Assembly: GCA_045640185.1 (NCBI GenBank)
Contig: JAZUEN010000020.1
Span: 114,681 to 178,680, forward strand
Length of the DNA: 64,000 nucleotides
Source: Bacteroidales bacterium
GTDB lineage: Bacteria; Bacteroidota; Bacteroidia; Bacteroidales; SZUA-534
Direction: 5' to 3'
The position numbers were made by a program, and so were the translations under genes. The notes beneath the pieces were generated by a model. That model made no database searches and was not told the DNA's origin. It saw only the letters and a list, made by a program, of their open reading frames with translations. Shown in pieces: positions 17,052 through 25,480 of the stretch (the first letter of the stretch is position 1; each line of letters opens with the position of its first letter).

Positions 17052-17843
17052 ATGATGGAAAACACTTATTATTTCTGCGATCAAAGCCTCATCCCGGTTA
17101 GGACCGAGCCGAGCGAAACCGCCGAAATGGAAACCCAAATCCTGTTTGGCGAGCTGTACACCATTCTGGAAACTACCGACAAATGGTGCCGAATCAGAAT
17201 CAAAAGCGACAATTCCGAAGGCTGGATAAACAGCAAACTGCTGACACCTGTTGAAGGGACACAGCTTGAGCGCCTCAAGTCAATGGAGCGCCACATCGCA
17301 AACCGGCCCCTCGACTTTGTCATAGTTGACGGAACCTGGCAAATGCCACTGCCGGCAGGTTCAATACTGTATGGCAAAGGGCCTAACTACAACTTCGAGA
17401 TTGGGCAGCACCTGTTTTCGCACTATTCCGACAGCTACGCATCAAGCCACAAATCGATTGCCATAACGTCACTGGCAGAATCGTTCATCGGCACGCCGTA
17501 CCTTTGGGGTGGCAAGACAATGCTGGGCATTGATTGCTCAGGATTTACGCAAGTGCTGTTCAGCACTGTCGGCATCCAGCTCCCACGCAACGCCTCCCGG
17601 CAGGCCCTCGTCGGCAGTCCTGTCCCGTTCATCGACAATGCACTGCCTTGCGACCTGGCGTTCTTCGATAACGACGAAGGATTGGTAACCCATGTCGGGC
17701 TGATTCTTGAAAACAGACAGATCATCCACGCGTCACGTGGCAGAGTGCGCATTGACAGCATTGACCATCAGGGTATTTTCAATCACGAGATAAACAGCTA
17801 CACTCACAAGCTCAGGCTAATCAACCGCATAATCGACTTCTAA
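17052..17843 (+). CDS. NlpC/P60 (C40) family peptidoglycan peptidase with N-terminal SH3-like domain
   Basis: Catalytic block GTPYLWGGKTMLGIDCSGFTQ and ...THVGLIL... His. The N-terminal SH3b-like segment is GELYTILETTDKWCRIRI..DNSEGWI. The ORF-track start at 17007 lies inside the prs terminator, so ATG 17052 was used. Confidence 0.8.
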   Translation: MMENTYYFCDQSLIPVRTEPSETAEMETQILFGELYTILETTDKWCRIRIKSDNSEGWINSKLLTPVEGTQLERLKSMERHIANRPLDFVIVDGTWQMPLPAGSILYGKGPNYNFEIGQHLFSHYSDSYASSHKSIAITSLAESFIGTPYLWGGKTMLGIDCSGFTQVLFSTVGIQLPRNASRQALVGSPVPFIDNALPCDLAFFDNDEGLVTHVGLILENRQIIHASRGRVRIDSIDHQGIFNHEINSYTHKLRLINRIIDF

Positions 17844-17846
17844 CCT

Positions 17847-18560
17847 ATGTCAATCGCAAAAAACGCATGGCTCATGTGGCACGACCTATGGTCGATGCTG
17901 TACCCGACAACCTGCTGCGCTTGCGACGCAACGCTGGTCAGAGGCGAGAAACTGCTATGCACCAAATGCCTGATGCGAATGCCGAAGACGAATTTTCATA
18001 AAGTACGGAACAACCTGATTGAAAAGAACTTCTGGGGTCGCATTCCTATCGAGCATGCTACATCGTATTTCTTCTTCGTTAAAAACAGCAGCTACCAGCA
18101 TCTTCTGCATAAGCTCAAGTACAAAGGAAGAAGCGACATTGGCGTATTCATGGGCAAGAAATTCGGCAGTGAGCTTATCAAGCAACCTGAATATTGCGAA
18201 TTTGACGAAATAATACCCGTACCGCTTCACCCGAACAAGATGAAGATTAGAGGCTACAACCAGAGCGAACGGATTGCCTTCGGCCTGTCGAAAGCGATGA
18301 AGATTCCTGTCGACACAAAATCGCTGAAAAGAAGGACATTCACCGAGACACAGACAAGAAAGACCAGAATGGAACGTTGGGAGAATGTCAGCAATGTTTT
18401 TGAGGCCGACCCGTCAGTCAACCTCAACAACAAGCATGTGCTTCTGGTTGATGACGTGCTGACCACAGGCGCCACAATTGAAGGCTGCGCCACCGCTCTG
18501 CTGGCAAAGAACCCGAGAATAAAGATAAGCGTCGCCACACTGGCGTTTGCACACACCTGA
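17847..18560 (+). CDS. comF: ComF family protein (phosphoribosyltransferase-like, ComFC)
   Basis: N-terminal zinc-finger-like CCAC...C.KC and the C-terminal PRTase loop VLLVDDVLTTGATIEGC. Confidence 0.8.
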   Translation: MSIAKNAWLMWHDLWSMLYPTTCCACDATLVRGEKLLCTKCLMRMPKTNFHKVRNNLIEKNFWGRIPIEHATSYFFFVKNSSYQHLLHKLKYKGRSDIGVFMGKKFGSELIKQPEYCEFDEIIPVPLHPNKMKIRGYNQSERIAFGLSKAMKIPVDTKSLKRRTFTETQTRKTRMERWENVSNVFEADPSVNLNNKHVLLVDDVLTTGATIEGCATALLAKNPRIKISVATLAFAHT

Positions 18561-18563
18561 TTG

Positions 18564-19667
18564 CTATACAATTGCGTACACCTTGCCTGGTAGGCTCCTA
18601 ACCACACCGTTCAGTTCCATAGCCAGCAGCAATGCTGATACGCGCGCCATGGTCATGCCCACATTTCGGCAAATGACGTCAATTGGCAATTCCGTGTCCT
18701 TCAGCGCGTCATATATCTTTTGGCTGTCAGCATCAAGCTCGACAAACAGCTGTTTCTGTATGACCTTAGGCTGGCTATCCCAACCCAAAAAGTATTCTAT
18801 GTCGGCAAACGACTCAATTAGATGAGCCTGATTGTTCTTTATCAGGTTGTTGCAGCCTGCCGAATATTTGTCGTTTATGCGGCCGGGCTGTGCAAACACG
18901 TCGCGGTTGTACGAATTGGCCAGCTCTGCCGTGATGAGGGCACCGCCCTTCACATCCGACTCCACTACAAGTGTGGCATCGCTCAGACCCGCTATTATTC
19001 GGTTTCTTCTGACAAAATTATTCTTGTCGGGGAATATTTTCGGAAAGAATTCGGTTACCAAAGCGCCGTTCTTTACCATTTCCGTAGCCACATCGCGGTG
19101 CTGAGGCGGGTAAATGGTGTCCAAGCCATGCGCCAAAACGCCAATTGTGGGTACGCCCAGCTCAACCGACGCCTTATGCGCCGCAATGTCGATCCCGTAG
19201 GCCAAACCACTGACTATGCACACATCTGACTGCTTGTCACGTATGTCCTCCACCAGCTCGCGACAAAATGCCTGGCCCCGTGGTGTGGCATTTCTGGTTC
19301 CCACCACTGCAAGATATTTGCGTTTGGGTTCTATCGGCTGGCCTTTGACAAACAGCACTAACGGGCTGTCTTCACATACCTTCAGCCGTTCTGGATACTC
19401 CTTGTCAAACCATGTGTATATGTTGATGTTGTACTTTTGGGCAAACTCAAGCATCTCGTCCGCCTTGCGGTAATAGTCCTCGCCGGCTATGGAGCTGGCA
19501 AGGCTATCGCCGACACCAGGAATCCGCATCAATTCTTCCTTCCTCTTGCTGAAAAGTTCAGGAACGGAACCGGCATAGGAAACCAGACGGCGCGACAACA
19601 TGCTTCCAACTCCAGGGACCGCCCAGAGTGCAAGGCAATCTCTTAAAACAGGTATTTCCTGACTCAT
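18564..19667 (-). CDS. dprA: DNA-processing protein DprA (Smf)
   Basis: Rossmann-like core VVGTRNATPRG......SGLAYGIDIAAHKASVELGVPTIGVLAHGLDTIYPPQHR and a C-terminal winged-helix-like tail. Confidence 0.9.
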   Translation of the reverse strand: MSQEIPVLRDCLALWAVPGVGSMLSRRLVSYAGSVPELFSKRKEELMRIPGVGDSLASSIAGEDYYRKADEMLEFAQKYNINIYTWFDKEYPERLKVCEDSPLVLFVKGQPIEPKRKYLAVVGTRNATPRGQAFCRELVEDIRDKQSDVCIVSGLAYGIDIAAHKASVELGVPTIGVLAHGLDTIYPPQHRDVATEMVKNGALVTEFFPKIFPDKNNFVRRNRIIAGLSDATLVVESDVKGGALITAELANSYNRDVFAQPGRINDKYSAGCNNLIKNNQAHLIESFADIEYFLGWDSQPKVIQKQLFVELDADSQKIYDALKDTELPIDVICRNVGMTMARVSALLLAMELNGVVRSLPGKVYAIV

Positions 19668-20131
19668 TATTTTTTGCGTTTTACTGTCTCCAGAATGGCA
19701 AACGAACGCTTTACCTTGTCAATTTGCTCATCGGCCAGTAAATTTATGCAAACATCTGGATATTTTGCCTTCCCGCCCACCGTGTTTTTATACAGCACCA
19801 AATTGGTGCGGAACGTAGTCTTCGTTATTTCGTACCCGGCAAAGTCTTCGGTATTTATTTCAATGGAATTGTTTTCGGTAACTATCGGCCACAAGGCCTT
19901 ATATCTTACAACAACCTTGTCCGGGCCGATAAAAATCAGCACATAGTTGTTATGAAGCACGATGGCGACAGCTACATACACGGCCAACGCGGCAATGCCG
20001 ACACCAGCCAAAAGCAGGCTGCGGGTCAAGCCTATCAAATAAAACGACGCCACCACCAACACTATTAGCGCCGGTATGAATGCGTATGCCATACGTACTT
20101 GTGAAGCTTTGTTTGCGTTATCTATTTTCAT
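19667..20131 (-). CDS. Small membrane protein (two TM helices plus a bPH-like soluble domain), unknown function
   Basis: 154 aa with two hydrophobic helices followed by a beta-rich domain. Its stop overlaps the dprA start (TAATG junction). Confidence 0.5.
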   Translation of the reverse strand: MKIDNANKASQVRMAYAFIPALIVLVVASFYLIGLTRSLLLAGVGIAALAVYVAVAIVLHNNYVLIFIGPDKVVVRYKALWPIVTENNSIEINTEDFAGYEITKTTFRTNLVLYKNTVGGKAKYPDVCINLLADEQIDKVKRSFAILETVKRKK

Positions 20132-20173
20132 GTCGAGCCGTTTGGTTTAAGGGGTGTTCAATAAATTGCTTTA

Positions 20174-20418
20174 TAGTGATTTTGAAGATTTTGTCAGGCA
20201 GATTGATTGGTTGAACGAAGGAGCAGTGCGGACACTGTAACTGAGTGCATTCTTTCGAAAATTGAGTGCAATGTCGAACTTGTTCGAACATTGCCGAACC
20301 CAAGAAAGGGATGCGAAGCAAATCGAGCAAGATGACGGCGAAAATTCAAAGGCACACAAAAGATTGAAGAATGACCCATATTTAAAAAAATAAAATCGGG
20401 GGATTTTCAGAAGCCCCC
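20174..20418 (+). repeat. Intergenic repeat family, copy A (longest, with a 78-bp central insertion)
   Basis: It shares long blocks with 21881-22027 and with the reverse complement of 31612-31778. The terminal hairpin GGGGG-N11-CCCCC is at 20398-20418. No ORF is conserved. Confidence 0.8.
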
Positions 20419-20508
20419 TTAATCTAAACTGACATAGCTAAATGCATAAAGCGTGCCAAACTTGGCGACTCCATCAAAGGAAACCGGCTGTTGGTCAAAG
20501 ATCATGGC

Positions 20509-21789
20509 CTAATATCCATAGCGTTTCTGCCACCACTGACGAAGGCGCGCTCGTATTCCTTCCTCCTGCGCATTGGGTTGCGGGTCGTAGAATTTCCTGC
20601 CCTTGAGCTCTTTTGGCAAGAAATCCTGATCGACAAAATGCCCTTCGTAATCGTGCGAATACTTATACTCGGCGCCATAGCCCATTTTTTCCATGAGTTT
20701 GGTCGGAGCATTGCGCAAATGCAATGGAACCGGCAAGCCACCCGTGCCTCTCACAGTTGCAAGTGCATCATTTATGGCCATATATCCCGAATTGCTCTTG
20801 GGGCTTGACGCCAGATATATGGCACATTCCGAAAGAATTATGCGCGACTCGGGCATGCCAATCTTATTGACGGCCTCGAAACACGTATTGGCCAAAAGCA
20901 ATGCATTTGGATTTGCAAGACCGATGTCCTCCGATGCCGAAATGAGCAGCCTGCGCGCTATGAACTTTATGTCCTCGCCACCATCAAGCATACGCGCGAG
21001 CCAATATACGGCCCCGTTAGGGTCACTGCCACGTATCGACTTTATGAATGCCGATATTATGTCATAGTGCATCTCGCCGTTCTTGTCGTAAATTGACAGA
21101 TTCTCCTGAAGGATGTCCTCAACTATCTTATTATTGATGACAATTGGCGACTTGCCCTCTTGTGCTCCAATCACTATATCGATGATATTTAGCAACTTGC
21201 GCGCATCACCGCCCGAAAATCGGAACATGGCCTCTTTCTCCTCGACCTTTATGTCGAGTTGTTTCAAGTCATAGTCGCAAGTTAGCGCACGGTTCATCAG
21301 TTCATCGAGATCGGCAGGCTCAAGCGAACGCAATACATACACTTGGCATCGCGACAGCAATGGCGATATCACCTCAAACGACGGGTTCTCGGTTGTGGCG
21401 CCGATTAGCGTCACCACGCCTTGCTCAACAGCTCCCAACAGCGAGTCTTGCTGCGCCTTGCTGAACCGGTGGATTTCATCGATGAAAAGAATTGGATTTG
21501 GCTGGTTGAAAAACTGCTGACGCTTGGCCAAGTCAATGGTGTCGCGCACATCCTTCACACCCGAACTGATAGCGCTCAACGAGTAGAACGCGCGGTTCTG
21601 CAAGTTGCTGATGATGTTTGCCAACGTAGTCTTGCCGACACCCGGAGGCCCCCAAAGTATCATGCTCGGAATACGCCCCGACTCTATGGCCTGACGCAAA
21701 ATGGCACCCTTCCCGACCAAATGCTTCTGACCGATATATTCATCTAAGTTCTTGGGACGCAAGCGTTCCGCTAATGGCATGTTTGGCAT
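20509..21789 (-). CDS. rarA: Replication-associated recombination protein A (RarA/MgsA AAA+ ATPase)
   Basis: LAERLRPKNLDEYIGQKHL, Walker A GPPGVGKTTLA, Walker [10 protein letters not shown], and C-terminal MgsA-type blocks (GAVYWLARML.GGED..FIARRL). The start is set at ATG 21789. The 59-aa extension in the ORF track reads through repeat copy B. Confidence 0.9.
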   Translation of the reverse strand: MPNMPLAERLRPKNLDEYIGQKHLVGKGAILRQAIESGRIPSMILWGPPGVGKTTLANIISNLQNRAFYSLSAISSGVKDVRDTIDLAKRQQFFNQPNPILFIDEIHRFSKAQQDSLLGAVEQGVVTLIGATTENPSFEVISPLLSRCQVYVLRSLEPADLDELMNRALTCDYDLKQLDIKVEEKEAMFRFSGGDARKLLNIIDIVIGAQEGKSPIVINNKIVEDILQENLSIYDKNGEMHYDIISAFIKSIRGSDPNGAVYWLARMLDGGEDIKFIARRLLISASEDIGLANPNALLLANTCFEAVNKIGMPESRIILSECAIYLASSPKSNSGYMAINDALATVRGTGGLPVPLHLRNAPTKLMEKMGYGAEYKYSHDYEGHFVDQDFLPKELKGRKFYDPQPNAQEEGIRARLRQWWQKRYGY

Positions 21790-21880
21790 ATTGTCAGTTT
21801 TGAAACAGTCGCTAATATAGCAAATAGGAACGAATGGAATGTCAACAAAAGAAGAATGACGATGCCTCAAAAAAAACATA

Positions 21881-22027
21881 GGTGAATTGACTGAGCAAAG
21901 AAGCAGTGCGGACACTGCGGCTGAGTAGAGGTCAGCTAGATGCCGACAAAATCCAAAGGCACACAAAAGATTGAAGAATAGGCTCTATTTGAGAATTTTA
22001 ATAATCGGGGATTTTACAGAAGTCCCC
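21881..22027 (+). repeat. Intergenic repeat family, copy B (5'-truncated)
   Basis: The 26-mer CAAAGGCACACAAAAGATTGAAGAAT is identical to copy A, and GCAGTGCGGACACTG is shared. The terminal hairpin GGGG-N13-CCCC is at 22007-22027. Confidence 0.8.
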
Positions 22028-22035
22028 TATATTTG
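22028..22035 (+). promoter_or_regulatory. Bacteroidota -7 promoter box (TATATTTG)
   Basis: It matches TAnnTTTG, lies directly after the copy-B hairpin, and is 19 nt upstream of the ATG at 22054. Confidence 0.5.
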
Positions 22036-22053
22036 CATAAACAAAAAAAGGAC

Positions 22054-22752
22054 ATGTTTGGACTACCTACAAGCCTTCAACAATCGGACGACACCGAGCT
22101 GAAGGAAATAATGAAAGAAACCATAATGTTCCAAAACGGCACAACCGCAAGCCAAATGGCCAAATCGGGAGTGCACGGGAACATGAATTATGGCGTATCG
22201 GTCACCGACATTCAGCGCATATCCGCCAAATACGGGAAGAACCACCAACTGGCCCAGAGGCTATGCCGGCTAAACATTCGTGAGGCAAAATTGCTCGCTT
22301 CTAGGCTATTTGTCGCATCCATGCTGACTGACAGCGACTTGCAAAACATCTTCGACTCAATTGCAAATATTGATTTGGCAGAGAACCTTGCGCGAAACAT
22401 TATTTGCGAAATAGACGACATCAAATTCATCGAGCAGCTAGCCAATGGCAATGTGTGGCAGACGGTATCGGCAATTCTCGCCATTGACTGGGCCATAATC
22501 AAAAAAATGCCTCACTCGAACCGTCTTGCCACTTGGTTCATTGAGCATCTCCAAAATCTGGCAGAAAAGGAACTGCCCGAAACCCGGCGACCAATACTTA
22601 TCGCCATGGAAGACTTTGCCAAATTGCCAAACGGATACGGCCCCCGGATTGCCGACTGCGCAAAACGGATGGCATCTTCTTCTTCCGATTTTTGCAAGGA
22701 AATTGGCGAACGGCACCTATGGATGCTGAACACTGACAATAATTCAATATAA
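22054..22752 (+). CDS. DNA alkylation repair protein-like (AlkD-type HEAT-repeat) protein
   Basis: All-helical repeats. The block ...MNYGVSVTDIQRISAKYGKNHQLAQRLCRLNIREAKLLASRL... resembles the DNA_alkylation family. This is called by eye only. Confidence 0.5.
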   Translation: MFGLPTSLQQSDDTELKEIMKETIMFQNGTTASQMAKSGVHGNMNYGVSVTDIQRISAKYGKNHQLAQRLCRLNIREAKLLASRLFVASMLTDSDLQNIFDSIANIDLAENLARNIICEIDDIKFIEQLANGNVWQTVSAILAIDWAIIKKMPHSNRLATWFIEHLQNLAEKELPETRRPILIAMEDFAKLPNGYGPRIADCAKRMASSSSDFCKEIGERHLWMLNTDNNSI

Positions 22753-22796
22753 TTTACGCAACTCGGATAATTTGTCACACACCGATTACGTTATCT

Positions 22797-22885
22797 GTGC
22801 AGCAGCGCAAACAGCGTATGGGACTCCGACACGTATGCCGAGCGCCTGAATACAAGTGACATGACGGCGGAAGCGCACAACATGA
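22797..22885 (+). repeat. Possible strongly diverged copy E of the intergenic repeat family
   Basis: GCAGCAGCGCAAACAGCG compares with GGAGCAGTGCGGACACTG. CCGAGC...ATGACGGCGGAAGCGCACAAC compares with TCGAGCAAGATGACGGCGAAAA..GGCACACAA. No terminal GC hairpin is present. Confidence 0.25.
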
Positions 22886-22991
22886 TATGGGTATGCACCA
22901 TGAATATTCATTGGGCGACGAACACAACTGCTATTGTGGCTTGATATTTGTAAGAAGATACACATAATTAACACAATTAAATTTTAGAGAT

Positions 22992-23753
22992 ATGAACTTT
23001 AACAAGACATCGAATCCAACACTTGGCGAAGGCATAATAAACCGTTACGCCTACGCCTCTGCCGACCGCACCATGACGGTGCAAGGTGCTGTAAACAAAG
23101 TTGCGCTGTTGCTTGCCCTTGTGGTGGCAGGCGCGCTATACACGTGGTCGAAAGTAATGACAGCCGTTGAAATGGGCGAAGGTTCTGTTCAAGGCTGGAT
23201 GATTGGCGGAAGCATTGCCGGCTTTATCCTTGCATTGGTCATCACATTCAAGAAGGATTGGGCACCGCTGCTGTCGCCTGTATATGCCATTTGTGAAGGT
23301 CTTTGCATTGGCGCTCTGTCAGCCTATTTCGAAGTAATGTTCCCCGGACTGGTATTGCGTGCCGTCCTACTGACATTCGGAGTGCTTTTTGCATTGCTTT
23401 TCATGTACAAGATACGCATAATCACAGTTACACAGCGGTTCCGCGCCATTGTGCTTGCCGCCACTGTCGGCATAGCATTTGCCTACCTTGTGACATTCAT
23501 CATTGGCCTATTTGGCGTGAATACATCATTTATGTATAACGGAGGAAGTATGAGCCTTATCATAAGTTTGGTAGTAGTTGCCGTAGCCGCACTCAATCTG
23601 GTGCTCGACTTCGACTTCATTGAGCAGGGCTCACAAGCCAACTTGCCTGCACACTTTGAGTGGTATGCCGCTTTCGGCCTTATGGTTACTCTAATCTGGC
23701 TTTACATTGAGATTCTACGCCTGTTGGCAATCGTTGCTGGCAGAAGGGATTAA
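22992..23753 (+). CDS. Bax inhibitor-1/YccA family membrane protein
   Basis: 253 aa. The N-terminal soluble part is SNPTLGE......MT..GAVNK, followed by 7 hydrophobic helices, as expected for this family. Confidence 0.7.
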   Translation: MNFNKTSNPTLGEGIINRYAYASADRTMTVQGAVNKVALLLALVVAGALYTWSKVMTAVEMGEGSVQGWMIGGSIAGFILALVITFKKDWAPLLSPVYAICEGLCIGALSAYFEVMFPGLVLRAVLLTFGVLFALLFMYKIRIITVTQRFRAIVLAATVGIAFAYLVTFIIGLFGVNTSFMYNGGSMSLIISLVVVAVAALNLVLDFDFIEQGSQANLPAHFEWYAAFGLMVTLIWLYIEILRLLAIVAGRRD

Positions 23754-23780
23754 CCCATTGGTCTTTATTATTGAAATAAG

Positions 23781-23813
23781 AAAGGCTTTCGAATTTCCGA
23801 AAGCCTTTTTTTT
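23781..23813. terminator. Terminator (bidirectional hairpin) after the Bax-inhibitor gene
   Basis: An 11-bp stem, AAAGGCTTTCG (23781-23791) / CGAAAGCCTTT (23798-23808), followed by a T8 run. Confidence 0.8.
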
Positions 23814-24021
23814 ACCATGCCAAAATGCAAATCGTTCGATAAGCATCGCCCTTTCTGCTCACAAGGCTTTGCTTTTGGATCTTCGTCAGGTAGCCCATCG
23901 CTATGGCGTAGAGTAGCTGATAGCCATCGGGTGGCTGTAGCCTGACAAGACCAATTGCTGCAAATCCAATGACAATACGTTTCAAGCAATAAATGTTGTT
24001 TTCCTGCAAACTAAAACGCAT
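23812..24021 (-). CDS. Hypothetical small ORF (69 aa) isolated between two terminators
   Basis: An open frame from ATG 24021 (TTG 30 nt... 9 nt upstream at 24030 in the ORF track). It has no recognisable motif. Its only support is its position between the hairpins at 24057-24089 and 23781-23813. Confidence 0.2.
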   Translation of the reverse strand: MRFSLQENNIYCLKRIVIGFAAIGLVRLQPPDGYQLLYAIAMGYLTKIQKQSLVSRKGDAYRTICILAW

Positions 24022-24056
24022 GACAAACAACTACATGCCTTATTCTAACCTTTCAA

Positions 24057-24089
24057 AATAAAAAAAGGCGTGTAAGAAACTTACACGCC
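24057..24089 (-). terminator. Terminator of the 24111-25316 gene
   Basis: A 10-bp stem, GGCGTGTAAG (24067-24076) / CTTACACGCC (24080-24089), preceded on the plus strand by an A-run, which is a T-run on the minus strand. Confidence 0.75.
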
Positions 24090-24110
24090 CTACATCATTG
24101 ACGGATGTTG

Positions 24111-25316
24111 CTATTTGTAATTTCCGTAAGCATCAGCTATTACTACCAATGTATTGTTTTGCTTTTCGGTACCGCCTGCCTGAGGCATTGTAACCTTGCC
24201 AACCATGACAATGCTGCCAGACTCCAACTCGACTGCTGATTGCAAGTCAGAACTGCTAGTTGAGTTGTATTTGAAATCAGAATCGGGCTTGTCGTTAACA
24301 CCGAGCGAATGGTTGCACAACTCATTAAGCTCGTTATCTATAATTACGTATGCGCCTTTGGTGACAACCTGCTTGTTGTCGGTATAGAATTTAGAGCCAT
24401 AAAGCAGAATCTTGCCAGAAGAAAGGCACAAGGAACCGTTGCCCGTGAACTCGTTGATGTTGACTGTACGCTTTGTATTGCCGTTTGCATCAAGTCTGAT
24501 GACTTTTGTCTGAAGTGCACCCGTACGTTGTGTCATTCCGCATGCGTAATAGATATCGCCTGTCTTGCTTATGGTAATTGTCTGCGAATAGAAATTGGAT
24601 GGCATGTCCACACCACTTTTCTTCCAAAGAAGGTTGCCATCCTTATCCAATTTGTACAAAATAGGAATATATTCGGTAGCATTATCGTTATACTTGCGAC
24701 CAAGAACCACTATGTTTCCTGCATTGTCGGCAACAATCGCATCAGCCGACTCGTTAGTTTCGCTTGAGACATCCTTTGTCCATTGTTTCTCACCAGAAGT
24801 GGCATCAAAACGGGTTAGTTGTATGTCGTATTTGTTCTTATCAGCAATATGCGTGGATATGACAAATACATTGCCGTCCAACGCTACGTCACTGACAAAC
24901 ATTTCATTTTGGTTGTCGACCAGCACATTTTGCTCCAAATCCTTGTATCCTGCCGAAACCATGATTTGCACAGGAGTCTTGCTTCCAGACTCCACATTGG
25001 CATACACTTGATAATTGCCATTTGCCAATTTTGCGAAACTGCTGACATTGCTAAGTTTTTCAACCTTAACTATGTTTTCAGAAGTCTTGATGAAGCTCTT
25101 GTTCAGTTCAATAAGCTGTATGGCCGGTTTCTCATATTTGGCATTTGAGCACTCATTCAGAATAACCATTCCGTTGTCGTTTAGAATGACATCCGTTGTT
25201 TTTGAATTTATGAAATCCTGATTTGTGTTTACGTAATAGAAAATGCCTTGTTGGGCGAATGTGCTGACTGTCAGCATTGTGGCAGACAACAGCATTAATG
25301 GTTTTACTCCTCTCAT
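24111..25316 (-). CDS. Secreted repeat protein (beta-propeller-like), unknown function
   Basis: Signal peptide MRGVKPLMLLSATMLTVSTFAQQ. It has recurrent D.(D/N)GN... strands (DNAGNIVVLG, DKDGNLLWKK, KTGDIYYACG, DANGNTKR, ADAYGNYK). Confidence 0.5.
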   Translation of the reverse strand: MRGVKPLMLLSATMLTVSTFAQQGIFYYVNTNQDFINSKTTDVILNDNGMVILNECSNAKYEKPAIQLIELNKSFIKTSENIVKVEKLSNVSSFAKLANGNYQVYANVESGSKTPVQIMVSAGYKDLEQNVLVDNQNEMFVSDVALDGNVFVISTHIADKNKYDIQLTRFDATSGEKQWTKDVSSETNESADAIVADNAGNIVVLGRKYNDNATEYIPILYKLDKDGNLLWKKSGVDMPSNFYSQTITISKTGDIYYACGMTQRTGALQTKVIRLDANGNTKRTVNINEFTGNGSLCLSSGKILLYGSKFYTDNKQVVTKGAYVIIDNELNELCNHSLGVNDKPDSDFKYNSTSSSDLQSAVELESGSIVMVGKVTMPQAGGTEKQNNTLVVIADAYGNYK

Positions 25317-25480
25317 AACTACATTTTATAAAAATCAAGTGCAAATATAAAAATTAATAACAAATAATGAACCATAACAACATGATAGTCAATCTACAAT
25401 GAAGGAAAAAACATTTAGCAAAAAAATCCGCCACTGCGATGTGCAATGACGGATTCCGTTTCATGCTGAAAATGTATAGA

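Noticed and set aside
20265-20300. GTTCGAAC-containing segment that superficially recalls a tRNA T-arm, and GAAGGAGCAGTGCGG that recalls the SRP-RNA GGAAGCAGCC
   Set aside because: No cloverleaf can be drawn and there is no GGTTCGAATCC-type T-loop. The SRP domain IV consensus and its flanking helices are absent. The segment is part of the repeat element.
20171-20379. Small ORFs (60-62 aa) inside repeat copies A and C with similar C-terminal peptides (...SALLLRSTNQSA and ...SVQLLRPSHQSA)
   Set aside because: The similarity comes from nucleotide conservation. The same frame is interrupted by a stop in copy B, and the central cassette changes length out of frame. I therefore treat the element as non-coding.
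21790-21966. 59-aa N-terminal extension of rarA in the ORF track
   Set aside because: The extension reads through intergenic repeat copy B. RarA homology begins at MPNMPLAERLRP (ATG 21789).
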